Of a stretch of DNA of 64,000 nucleotides, positions 1 through 22,073 are shown piece after piece. This DNA is from the human T2T-CHM13v2.0 reference genome, Homo sapiens. A model generated the notes under the pieces. That model saw nothing but the letters and a program-made list of their open reading frames with translations, did no database searches and was not told where the DNA came from. Position numbers and translations under genes: made by a program. How positions within the stretch are numbered: position 1 is the stretch's first letter; every line of letters starts with the position of its first letter. The stretch lies in assembly GCF_009914755.1 (NCBI RefSeq), contig NC_060926.1; one strand, 5' to 3'.

Positions 1-525
1 ATAACTTTAAATTTATCAGACTAGCAAGAAGTAGAATGCTAGATAATGCCAAGTGTTAGCAGCAATATGGGATCACATACTGCAAATGGGAACGTAGACC
101 AGAGCAGTCATTCTGGAAAGCAATGTGCAGTACTTAGTCAAATCAAGTGTATATATAGCCAACAAACCAGCAATTCCAATATTTAGTAATATGTCAAAGA
201 AATGATCAAACAGTTAAAAGTAATGGATTTAATATACATAAAACATCACAGCTGGATCTTTTTAAAAAAAGAGAAAAATGGGACAATTGGATTTTTATAA
301 ATAAAAAACGTGTAGGAAAAACAACGATATTTTATAAAGATACTTTTTTAAAAGAAGGGAAATAAATATGAGAGGAATAGAGATAAAAATGGGTAAGTAA
401 ATTAAACAACAGAGGGACCATGTGCAGACCAAGCGATGTCTAACTAGGAGAACTTAATTCTCTGTACCTGAGTTCAAAATAACATTATCAAAAATACATA
501 ATGACTTTATATTTAAGAATGCAGA

Positions 526-813
526 GGTCAGGCATGGTGGCTCGCGCCTGTAATCCCAGCACTTTGGGAGGCCGCGGCAGGCGGATCATGAGGTCAGGAG
601 TTTGAGACCAGCCTGGCTAACGTAGTGAAACTCCGTCTCAACTAAAAATACAAAAAATTAGCTGGGTGTGGTGGCATGCATCTGTAATCCCAGCTACTCA
701 GGAGGCTGAGGCAAGAGAATCGCTTGAACCAAGAGGCAGAGTTGCAGTGAGCCAAGATCGCAACACTGCACTCCAGCCCGGGCGACAGTGCAAGACTGTC
801 TCAGAAAAAAAAA
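526..813 (+). mobile_element. AluS with TSD AAGAATGCAGA
   Basis: Full dimer, A tail, flanking direct repeat. Confidence 0.93.
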
Positions 814-816
814 AGA

Positions 817-1870
817 ATGCAGAAGTAAAAATCCTAAATAAAATATTAACAAAACAAATACAGCAGTGTATCAAAAGAGAAATACTACAGGACCAACTTG
901 ATTTCATTAGTTAGTTAAATGAGAAAAAACAACATATTATCTTAGACGCAAAAAATCAATTCACGAAATTCAACATCTACTAGTTTTAACATCTCTTAGA
1001 AAACTAGAAACATTTTTAACATGCCACATAGTAATTCTTAGAAAGCAATGATAAATACTACACTTAACAGTTATACAGTTTTCATGTAACTTTAAAATAA
1101 ACTTTTTTTTTAAGGAAAAACCCTGTAGCATGACCATCATGATACAAAGCTCTAGAGTTAATAGCCAATACTAGAAAAAGACAGGTATAAATACTGGAAA
1201 ATACTAGAAAAAGAGAGGTATAAATACTGGAAAATACTAGAAAAAGAGAGGTATAAATACCGGAAATATTTCCAGTTGATTTTTTTCTACCTAAATATTT
1301 CCAGTTGATTTTTTCCAGTATAAATACTGGAAAATACTAGAAAAAGAGAGGTATAAATACCAGAAATATTTCCAGTTGATTTTTTTCTACCTAAAACATC
1401 CAAATATGAGAAAGAAAAATAAAAGAGAGAAATAATAAAGTATTTCTGCAAGGTGACCAAATGACTTTGCACACAGCAGCAGAGCTTTCCCATGTGTTGG
1501 AAATAACCAGTTAAGAGATAAAATGGAAAAAAGATCCCACTCACACTAGTAATAAAACCTACAAATTATTTACTTTATTCCTAGGTATTTAAGTATAGGA
1601 TATCTCTACTTAAGGAATTAAGAAAAATCTTGTTTGAGAAGACTTGAAATGTAAACATCCCAATTATTACCAAGGTAAGCGCAAGCTCAATAAAAATCCC
1701 ACGTGTGTGTGTGTATACAGAAAATGTGGTATACACTAAATTGTTAATAGAATTTCTCTCTAAACAGTAGGTTTGTAAAAAGGAATGGAGAGAGGCTAGG
1801 GTACTTTCTACTTCATATGTCTCTGTATATCCTGTGTTTTTGTATATACATGTATTTTTATTTTAAATAA
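817..1870 (+). mobile_element. Old L1 (L1M) ORF2/3' fragments
   Basis: Translates KILNKILTKQIQQCIKREILQDQLDFI, resembling L1 ORF2 RT [27 protein letters not shown]; decayed elsewhere. Confidence 0.65.
1168..1395 (+). repeat. Compound tandem repeat (33-bp and 29-bp units)
   Basis: ATACTAGAAAAAGAGAGGTATAAATACTGGAAA x4 plus a partial copy; TATTTCCAGTTGATTTTTTTCTACCTAAA x2 plus a partial copy. Confidence 0.9.
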
Positions 1871-1988
1871 ATCATTTCTTCTAACGTAAAATTTAGACAG
1901 TTTCTAAAAATCTAAATTTAACTCAATTCCAAATAAGAACTAAAACTGTTTCTTTTTTGTAAAAAAGTTGATAGTTTCTAGTCAATGA

Positions 1989-5638
<3,650 letters not shown>

Positions 5639-6926
5639 AGTTTTTACTTAGGGAAAACTAAAATGGCATGGCAAAGTGGAGATGACCATTGGCATAATGG
5701 ACTCAAGTCTGTCCAAGGTTAAGAATTACTGCTTGATTATATGCCCCATGTGAGCCAAGACCATATCTGCCTCTTCTCCATGGTATCCCCAGTGCCTAGG
5801 AGAATGCCAGATTTCAGGAAGTGTCTAATGCCCCAACCAAAAACCTTGATGAAAAAGCGTAGAATTTTTTAAATTCCACAATGACACATTTTACATGAAG
5901 CTTTGACAACTCCGGAACTTGCATATTTTAGCCTTTTTGTGTTTATTCTCACTTACTTGGCTAGCTATAAGCATCTGAAAAGCTAAATCTAAATTTTTTG
6001 AGGGGAAGCAGGCTCAGAGACAAGATTACAGTGTTTCAGTGTAAGTTCCAGATAATTGAGGCATTTATATTATTTATTTTAAAAAGCAGAGTTCAAAAAA
6101 GTTTAAATATCATAAGATATTGGTAATGTAACATAAAATCAGAAAAGGAGAATGCAAAGTAATGATAACTAGATATTTAAAATAAGATTTATCTACAAGA
6201 AAAAATATTCAATTAGTTCTCAATTTAGAAGGAATAAGACACTTGTAAAAAACTTGAAGGCATAGGCTTTAGAAAAGGAAAAAAATGTTACAGGGCCCTA
6301 CTGATAACAAAAACTTTTTAGGATGTTATGTCAAAGAGATTTCCTGGCAGTCAGTGATTAACACACAAGGCGGGGTGGAAGGAGACAACACTATACTCAC
6401 AACTACCAAAACCCAAGTGCAATTTGCTACAACTAGCATCAAGTAGCAATTATGAAGCCTGTGGCATCCCTGAAATGACCTCTGTCAAAATGATTTGGTA
6501 TGGCCCAGGCAATGCTTTATACAATAAAATGCAGACACTATTTGCTGCACTAAAAAGCTCTTTCCAGTGGAAGTTGTAAGGCAGAACTAGCAAGCAGCAA
6601 AAGGGACAGATACACTGCTCGCCTAAAACCAAAATATACTGTACATTCACTAAATTTATGACAAACATGGTAAATATCAAAGATGTCTGAAACACAGGTC
6701 CTGCCCTTAAGGACACAATTTAGCTGACAGACAAGATATACATATATAGACACATGTTAATACATATTGAGTAACAGTGTAACCTAATATATGATTCATT
6801 CATTTAAGAACCACTTGTTAGGCAGCTACTATGTGCCAGTCACTCTACTGACCTTAGAGAAATAAAAATGCCCTTAGGTGACTCAGAGTCTACTGAGGAA
6901 ACAAATATATACCAAGTATGAGATAG

Positions 6927-7183
6927 GACGGGTTCTCAACCCCTGGGCCACTGACCGATATGGGTCCATGGCCTGTTAGGAACTGGGTGGCATAGCAGGA
7001 GGTGAGCAGCAGGCAAGCCAGCATTACCCGCTGAGCTCCGCTTCCTGTCAGATCAGAGGCAACGCTGATTCTCATAGGAGCACGGATCCTACTGTGAACA
7101 GCCCATGCGAAGGATCTAGGTTGTGCGGCACTCCCAAGAATCTAACGCCTGATGATGTGAGGTGGAACAATTTCGTCCCGAAA
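6927..7183 (+). mobile_element. MER1B-type hAT-Charlie element (truncated)
   Basis: ggtccatggcctgttaggaactgg...cctgtcagatcag...gattctcataggagc resembles the MER1 consensus. Confidence 0.8.
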
Positions 7184-7659
7184 ATACACACGCACGCACA
7201 CACACACACAATTGTGGCTTATTCAAGAATGACAATACAAAACTCGAATTAGCATTCTAAGAAACAAAAATGTGAAGGGTGGGTAGGCCTGTCTTACATT
7301 GGGAAAGGACTATATACATCTATATACTATTAACCTGAAACAAATTTTTTAAGATACCATTTTAACATCTTTTCGGATTAACTGATCAACCACCAGTCTG
7401 GATGGTGCTGGATAACAATGCTTCTGCTTTATAATACAAGCTGTTAGGGAAGCACGAAGCTTCCTTGTGCCTGGAAGTCAGACAGGTTTCCCAGAATTAA
7501 TGGAATCTTGAAAGATGATTAGAAATTCACCAGGCAAACAAGGGAGAAGAAAACATTTCAGCCCTGCACAGTGACCCTGAAGCACGAGAGAAAAAAAAAA
7601 AAAAAAAAGCCAAAATATTTGCTTCTACTTACCATGCCCAGACCCATCACTCAGCCTTT

Positions 7660-7830
7660 TTCTACAGCAAATTATTTAACCTTTCTTCCCAAATTTCTCA
7701 CCTATGCATTTGGGAATGATTAATATCTACCACATACAGTTTTACAAGGATTAAAATAGATTGTAGATATAAAGCACTTAGCATTGTACCTGGCACACAG
7801 AAAATGCTCAATAAATGAAACTATTATTAA
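7660..7830 (+). mobile_element. MIR
   Basis: aaggattaaaataga...taaagcacttagcattgtacctggcacacagaaaatgctcaataaatg core and tail. Confidence 0.7.
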
Positions 7831-8297
7831 TGTTGGCAGATAAAGAACAGAAAGAAGAAACAAAAGATAAAGTACTGGGTTGAATTACTAGGGCCATGGA
7901 TACCTTCTCCCCTGGCTGACTCTACTTTTCAAGTTCAGCAAGTGCGCTGACCCAGATCACAGGCTCCTCCCTGTTCCCTCCTTTCAGCTTTACACCAATC
8001 CACATTCCTCAGGGAGCAGGTTTTGGTTGTGCCTATAATTTAAGCTCTTTTGCTCAATGGTTAACCTTCTCATTTAGGAAGTATAAACAAAAAAGGAACA
8101 AATCCCAGAATGGGCTGTAATTTTCCATCAGGTGAAACTGGCATCACCGTTGTGGAATTTGACATGGTGTTTATTTCTCATAACTAGATATACCAGTATT
8201 GGATCTGATTTCTCTCACATTCAAATGAATGCTAATGAAACCTGTGTGTTCAGTAATGAAACATTCCCCCGGCCCTTTCCTTGAATCTTTCTGGTGA

Positions 8298-10080
<1,783 letters not shown>

Positions 10081-10897
10081 AAGAACTACACTGTTAAACA
10101 CTTCTGAGAAACACAAATTGTTAAAGACTTTCCTGAACCTCTTACTATACCGTTTCACTAAATTATTCTACTCGAAGAAAAACTTCAAATAATCAGTGAT
10201 AAGAATTTAAATTATGACAGCTATTCAAACCATACTTAATCATCTAAATATTAAAATTCACTTGGCTCCTTCAGGTCAGAAGCAGCTACACAGAGTGAGG
10301 GACCAAAAAAAGGAGAGGATATGGTATAGAGAGCAATGCCCTGGCCTGGGTACTAGGACTCATGGGTTCTAAACTAGACTAAACCAATTCACACAGTGAC
10401 CTGAGAAAAGTCACTTCCTTTCTCTAGCCCTAATTGATGAAACGGGGGATGAGATTACTTAAATTCTAAGGTCCCTCTGAGGTAAAATATTCTTAGTCTA
10501 ATGAAGAAAGAAAATCGAGAGGGAGGAGGGCAGTGCACATGTGTGCATATGTGCATATGCATGCGTGTGTATCCCTGTCAGCCCTAGAATTCTAGAATTA
10601 TAAGTGCCGAAATGAAAAATACAGATAAGACATCTTTGTAGAGTTAAGAACAGGTTAATGTGTGCAGTTTCTCCTCTGCCTCTGCTCTTTCCACCCCTCT
10701 CCTCCCTTCTTCTGTCTCTTCTCCCCTTCTAACCCCTTCCTCAATTTCTCTCTTGCCTCAAGCGTCCTTTCTGAACTCCAAATCTGCCTCGATTACTACG
10801 TCCAGTCCTTAATATCTACAAGCTATCACCACTTACTTCTGCCATCTCTAGCCTGTCCCCTACCTCCAACACACAACTCACTGTCCTCAAACCACTA

Positions 10898-11249
10898 CAG
10901 ATTGAGTACCGCTTATATGAAATGCTCGGGACCAGAAGTGTTTTAGATTTCAGATTTTGGAATATTTGCATATACCTAATGAGATATCTTGGGGATGAGA
11001 CCCAAGTCTAAACACAAAATTCATTTATGTTTCATATATACCCTATACACACAGTTTAAACGTAATTTTACTTTTCCCTATGGGATACTAAATAAACTCT
11101 GTTGAAAAAGCACCTGCTTTTTCACTGCAACCTGCCACACGAGGTCAGGTATGGATTTTTCCACTTGTGACATCATGTCAGCACTCAAAAAGATTTAGAT
11201 TTTGAAGCATTTTGAATTTGGGGTTTTTGGATTAGGGATGCTCAACCTG
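10898..11249 (+). mobile_element. Tigger4/MER46 (Zombi)-type element
   Basis: TA TSD on both sides; terminal inverted repeats cagattgagta / tgctcaacctg. Confidence 0.8.
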
Positions 11250-12397
11250 TACTTACAGGACAAAGAGAATGTAAGTAGCTACTATGATAAACGGATCACT
11301 GAAACTGGTTCTTGGCTTCTACAATAGGACTTATATAAATAATAAATCTAATGCCTTCTGTCCATAGAAATCTCAACCAACAAAAAAGCAAACCACTTAC
11401 TGGACACCCATCATATATCACATATTTTGCATATTTATCTTTTTTAAACCTTACAGCGATCCTGCTTAGTAGGGATATTATCACCCACATTTACAAAAAT
11501 GAGGCCTAGAAAAATTGTAAAATGAAAGTGATAGAGATGTCTGACTCTGAGGCCCATACTTTCAACTGTCCAATTATGATGGTCAACAGATTGTTTTGTC
11601 AGATTGGCCACCGAGGCAAGAAACGCCAAAGATCCAAGGACAATTTTATTTCTAATGGCCCAGAATTGAAACCTGGATGCTACACACATTAGCAAATCAA
11701 AAGTATAGCTGACATCAAGGAGATAGCAGGTGGGCAAAGGGGACTCTATCCAGATTATCTGAACTTTCAAACACCTTTCATTGACTGCATAGCAAAGGGT
11801 TTTGTTTGTTTTAAACTCTGCTTCAGTTATCAAGATTTTGGAGAAAAACTGTAGGTCTCCCTTTACCATTCAAAGAAAAGTAGATTTGAAATAAAGTTCA
11901 GGACTAAATAGGCACATCTCTTGATAAAGAAGTGCTGTCTGTCAACATTATTTCTCCCCCAAAAATTAGTAGGGCCATTCTTATTTGTCAGATTTTGAAA
12001 GTAAAATAAGAGAATTCAGTTTCCAGTTATGGTGCCCCACAACAATTCTTCTACTGAACGCAGCCAAAAATTCTGGACAAAATATTTTCACAATTTTCTT
12101 AAAAGCAACACAAAAATAGGAAGGAATTATCTGGCCAAAATAAAAGGGAAAATGGGAACCCAGTGAGGTAAAGGAACAAAAAGCCATTTTTGCCCTTAGG
12201 ATATTGACCAATCACAACAAACAGCCTTGCAGGACTCAAGGAGCAAAAATCAAACACCCTACCCCTCCAGAGTGGACAGTCTAATAGGTGATATACCTCA
12301 CATTTAGCTAGATCCCTAAAGGGCTTATGTCTTCAAAGCAAAGACAAAACAGAAGTATATTGGCCCTCAAATGTATTCACAACCAAAATTCACATCA

Positions 12398-14350
<1,953 letters not shown>

Positions 14351-14502
14351 GCTAGAAAGCAGTAAAACACAGTAAAATCTTTATGCCTGTTATCTAAAAA
14401 AAATAAATAAATAAGCATCAGTGTGGCTCTGCTTACCTCAGAAGGTTGTACAGTTTAAATGGTACAGTGTATCTGAAAGGGCTTTAAAGAAAACTGTAAA
14501 GA

Positions 14503-14585
14503 GTGCTGGCTGTAGCAGTACATATACTCAAATTGGAATGATACAGATGATTAGCCTGGCCCCTAGACAAAAAATATGAAAAAAT
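14503..14585 (+). pseudogene. 3'-truncated U6 snRNA retropseudogene
   Basis: GTGCTGGCTGTAGCAGTACATATACTCAAATTGGAATGATACAGATGATTAGCCTGGCCCCT aligns with roughly the first two-thirds of U6; A-rich tail; TSD AAAACTGTAAAGA at 14490-14502 and 14586-14598. Confidence 0.9.
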
Positions 14586-14933
14586 AAAACTGTAAAGATA
14601 TCTGGAGATGTAAGTGACAGCTTGTACAAAACCTATTTCATTCTTGGTCATTCAGCCTCCCTCTGAACCTCACTTTACCTAACTGAGCTGATTATTTCCA
14701 AAGTTCATTCCAGCTCAAAGATTACTCTGTCATTACATCTCAGTCAGAAGGAGGTGATTCAAATTATAATATTCTACTGCCTAAAAATAAAATGCTATCA
14801 TCAGAAAGAACAATGGAAAAAGAAATTATATCCCAAATTCTATAAAAAGCCATCCATATAGGGAATACTAATAAAAGTGTTGAAATCACCAAACTTTTAT
14901 AGATAATGTAAAAACAGAAAAAAACAACTAAAG

Positions 14934-15098
14934 CAGTGGTTCTCAATCCTTGCTGTATACTGGGGAGCTCAAAAAATACTAATGCTAGGGGTCCTCATTC
15001 CTAAGATTCTGATTTAATTGATCTGGGGTAGAGTCCAGGGAATTAGTATTCATTCCCTCTGATTATTCTAAGATTATAGCTAAGGTTGAGAAACACTG
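14934..15098. mobile_element. MER5A-type hAT MITE
   Basis: TIRs cagtggttctcaa / ttgagaaacactg; internal gattctgatttaattgatctgggg. Confidence 0.75.
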
Positions 15099-15149
15099 AA
15101 CTGAAGAGACAAATAATAGGATACGTTTTAAAAGATTAAAGCCTCTATA

Positions 15150-15560
15150 ACCTTTCTAAAATATAAAGATTATGAAATTATCAAGAATATGAGTAGAATG
15201 AAAAATGAACCTGCTGACAAAATTATACCATATGACAATGGAGTTCACCTGCTCCACATGTAAAGGAAGTGGCTTAAAGAGCCAAATAAAATGTAGGATT
15301 CATTTCATAATGTGGTTAGTAAATTTACACAATTTGTTACCCATGATGTAATGCAAAGTTAAGATAAACACATTCAGAAAAGTTTATATGAATTTCAAGG
15401 TAACAGATACCTACTGGGTTATTAAAAGGAAAGCAAATACACTTGAAGTATATCCTCAATGTTCTGAGGCTGACACTGAAGGCAACCATTCACTCCCATT
15501 AAATATCTCTTAGTGCCTGGGTCAGACCCAGAATATTACACTGCATGGCCTCAGGATGGC
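15150..15560 (+). mobile_element. Possible ancient CR1/L3-type 3' fragment
   Basis: gtggttagtaaattta...ttacccatgatgt...cagaaaagtttatatgaattt...tgggttattaa resembles CR1/Plat_L3 3' ends as recalled; highly diverged. Confidence 0.4.
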
Positions 15561-15664
15561 ACTTGTATGCTCCAGCCTCAGAAAAGTTCATGACTGAAGA
15601 TTATGCTTTTCTCTGGGGATGAGGAGATAACCGAGAGCAAAAGTTTAGCATCATGCATCTGCAA

Positions 15665-15880
15665 CCATTTATTAAGCACTTACTTTATCTTATGTACCAT
15701 GCCTCTGCTAAGTACTTTAAATTATCTTAATTTAATTCTCACAAGGTAATTTATTATCCTTAACTTACACATGAGAAAACTAAGGCTCTGAGAGATCAGA
15801 ATTACGGCAAATATGTATTTTAGGCGTAAAATACAATAGTAAGTTTTAAAGCAAGAATTTTAAACCCAGGTCTCTGCCAT
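15665..15880 (-). mobile_element. MIR
   Basis: atttattaagcacttact...tttaattctcacaa...ttacacatgagaaaactaaggctctgagag. Confidence 0.7.
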
Positions 15881-16020
15881 ATTGCCTTTTGTGATAATTA
15901 TAAATAATAGTCACAATAATAAAGACAAACTCATTTTAAGTATTTATGTTTTCCATTAAAAAGCTCAGTAAATCTTCTCAGCTGTCCTATGAGGCTGCTC
16001 ATTCTCTCTATATCCATGTA

Positions 16021-19150
<3,130 letters not shown>

Positions 19151-21367
19151 GGAGTCTCTTTAATATGATAAGCACCCATGGGAAAGCTACCTGAAGTTAA
19201 TAAACATTTGCCACAAACAACCCAGGAAGGGGTGTTTGGAGATGTGTGCATAAAAACTGAAGATCAACTACAGTTACCAGTAAATTGAAAAGTTTAAACG
19301 AGGAGAGGGAGTGAACGGGGCGGGGCGGGGGGAAGGATGGGTTGGAATTCCCCAACTTCTACAGGTAGAAAGGTAAGCATTGTTTTCTGGTGTGTGTGTG
19401 TGTTTTGTTTTTGTTTTTTTTTTTTTAACCAAATTAGTGTGAGTTATCTATATTCCCAAAACTGGAAAAGAAATTAAATTTTAAGTAACTAATACAAAAA
19501 TCATTCCCCACAACTGCACATTAAAGTTAAACTTTGCCTTTAACATTTCCTTGAATCCTGAAATCCACACCTTTTATAGAATGCGCTGCTAATAAAGATC
19601 AATCTGTAAGTATTCAAATTTGTTGGAGACTATATAAACAAGGTCAAAGAAGACTTGCAAATATCAGATAGACTAGATCGACTAAATACTACAGCAATAT
19701 AACAATAGGAATGAAAAAGTTGCCAAATAATATAAACATGTAACTACAGACTTACAAGGAAATCATAGAAACTACTGGTCACTCCCTAACTTCATTCAGC
19801 TGCTCATTTGTCATCTCTCAGAGGCCTACCCTGACTACCCCATCTAAAATAGCTGCCCCTATCACACGCTATTCCTGAACTCTGACTTATTTCTTCCTCA
19901 CAGCAGTTGCCACTATAAGCCATTATATTCTATAGGCGCATTTGCTGGACTGTTTGCCTCTCCACTAAAACATAAACTCCATGAGGGCAGAAGCTTGGTC
20001 GGTTTTCTTTCAACACAGGGCCTAGACACACAGCTGGCACTCAATACACAGGTGCTGAATAAAATACATGATAAAACTGAAACCCAGAGAGGTTAAAGGA
20101 TTTCCTCAAGGTCACAGAGCTAGCAACAAACACAGCCCTTACTATAACCTTGTCTACTACAGCCTTGTGTGTTCGCTCTTTCCACAGCCACTTCCACTAC
20201 ACCAGAGCCTGTTCCAGCACATGATTCTATTTAACAGATTTCTCCTCTTCTTTTTTTTCTTAAGCGCCAAATACATGTTACCAAAAAAAGTGACACACTG
20301 GGTAGCATTTTAAACTCAAGTGTTTTGCCAACTAAAACTATACTCAAATTTCATAAGTATACAGGCTTAGCCCGTAAAACAGAAAGGCACAACTATTCAT
20401 AGTTCTTTAAGTTCCTTTTGAAATTGGTGTGTATGCCCTGGAAGTTTTAAGAACAACCACTGAAAACCTATTCACCAATTCTGAATGGCTTGTAAAGTAT
20501 CAGCCTCACTTTCATTCTTTTCAGAGCCCACAGTTATCTCCTCCCTGGATATACTTTATCTTGCAGATTATGCAAGGCAATGTAACTAACTTCAAAGTCC
20601 CTTTAGTTCCTTTTAAAGCACAAGAAAATCTCCCAAAACACTGAACATAAAATTAACCCTTGGGAAGTTTCAGATTCTGAGAACAGGAACCACCTCTTAA
20701 CCATTCTCTCTGACTGCGATCATCTAGGTCCTTCATTCAAAATGCATTAATTGGAAATACCTAAAAGAAACGTGGGAGGGGGCCGGGGGGTCGGAAGAAA
20801 GTGGAGAACAGACATTTACATATATAAAAAAAGGGATCTGATATATGAATAACACTTTTGCCCAACGTCAACTTCTCGCCTCGACTCAAGGCCTGACACA
20901 ACTTCTGTTGTCTTCTTGATCACCTTCCTTGAAGAGAGGGGCCAAAGCCGGCACGTTCTGCGGAGACTGTCTCTAGACCTAGGAAGGGGCACACCAGGGC
21001 AGCGGACGATTTGCTCCGCGTCTCTCAAAACTACTGCCAGCCCAATTAGTAAACCGAGAGGGCAGCCCTGAGATGCAGGATGGCCAGAGAGTTGAAATGA
21101 GTCTGGGAGTTAAGAGTGGGATGGGGCGGACGAACAGGCGTGGGGAGGGTAAACAACGCACCAGGAGCGGGAGTGAGAACAGGGTCGAGGTGGGGTCAGC
21201 GAAAGGCAAAAGGCGAAGAGAAGAAGGGGACGGGGCTCCGGGTGGGATGGGCGGCAGCAAAGGGGGAGGGGACGCGAGAAGGCTGGGGGAGGGGGAGAAG
21301 GGTCCGGGGCGGGGCGGAAGGGAGCAAAGAGGCGGGATGAAGACGGCCAGGCCGGGAGGGTCTTTAC

Positions 21368-21601
21368 CTGCAGCTCCGCCCGCTCCACCTCCCACTGGGC
21401 TCTCTCCACCTCGAAGCGGGCCCACTCGTGCTGCAGGAAGTGCAGGATCCCCGGGAGACTGTACTGGGCTCGGGCCGCCCCCGCCGCAGCCGCCCCGTCG
21501 CCGGCCGCGGCAGCCTCCGCCAGAGGCCCGAGCCCCTTGGCACCGCCGGCGCCCGGGTGGTTGTTGCTGAAGAAGACGCCGGGACCCGCCTGCTCGTCCA
21601 T
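21368..21601 (-). CDS. STRN: Striatin coding exon 1 (78 codons, MDEQAGPGVFF...WEVERAELQ)
   Basis: Translation recognised as the striatin N-terminus, including the aromatic caveolin-binding motif FLQHEWARF and the start of the coiled coil. Optimal Kozak GCCGCCATGG; donor CAG|GTAAAG; 234 nt, phase 0. Confidence 0.97.
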
Positions 21602-21800
21602 GGCGGCCGCAGATACCCGGGGAGCTGCCCCGGCGCCCAGCAGCGGAGGCAACAGCGGCGGCAAGCAGCGCCTCCTCCTCCCTCCGCCGCTCCCGCCCAC
21701 ACCCCAGTCAGCAGGGAGCAGCCTCCTGGGCGCGGGGGCCGGCCGAGCCCGTGACGGGCCGGGAAATGGGTCAACTGCGGCGCGCTGGCGGCCCGGGGCT

Positions 21801-21817
21801 TGCCGGGAAATGTAGTC
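21801..21817 (-). promoter_or_regulatory. ZNF143/THAP11 (Ronin)-type ACTACAnnTCCC promoter motif
   Basis: Minus strand reads GACTACATTTCCCGGCA; a partial second copy (GCCGGGAAATG on +) is at 21758-21768. Confidence 0.8.
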
Positions 21818-21997
21818 GCGGGGCGGGGCGCGGGCTAGCGCGGCCCGGGCGGCCTGTAGGGCTGTGCCTCAGCTTGGGCGTGGCCTCGGGCCCGCCCCGC
21901 CCCGGCTCGCCGCGTAGGGGGCCGGCTGGGCGGGGAGAGCGGGTTTCCTCTGGGGCCGGCTGGGCGCGGGCGGGCGGGTCTCCAGTCTTCCTCGCAC

Positions 21998-22033
21998 GCG
22001 GAAGTTCGCGGGCGGCGCACCCTGTTGCATTCA

Positions 22034-22071
<38 letters not shown>

Positions 22072-22073
22072 TT
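21998..22073 (+). promoter_or_regulatory. Two ETS (GABPA/ELK-type) CGGAAGT sites flanking an (AC)15 repeat
   Basis: GCGGAAGT at 21998-22005, (AC)15 at 22037-22066, CGGAAGTT at 22066-22073. Confidence 0.6.

Noticed and set aside
1168-1395. CRISPR-like appearance (33-bp repeats, partial palindrome)
   Set aside because: Repeats are adjacent without unique spacers, there are no cas genes, and the context is a primate intron.
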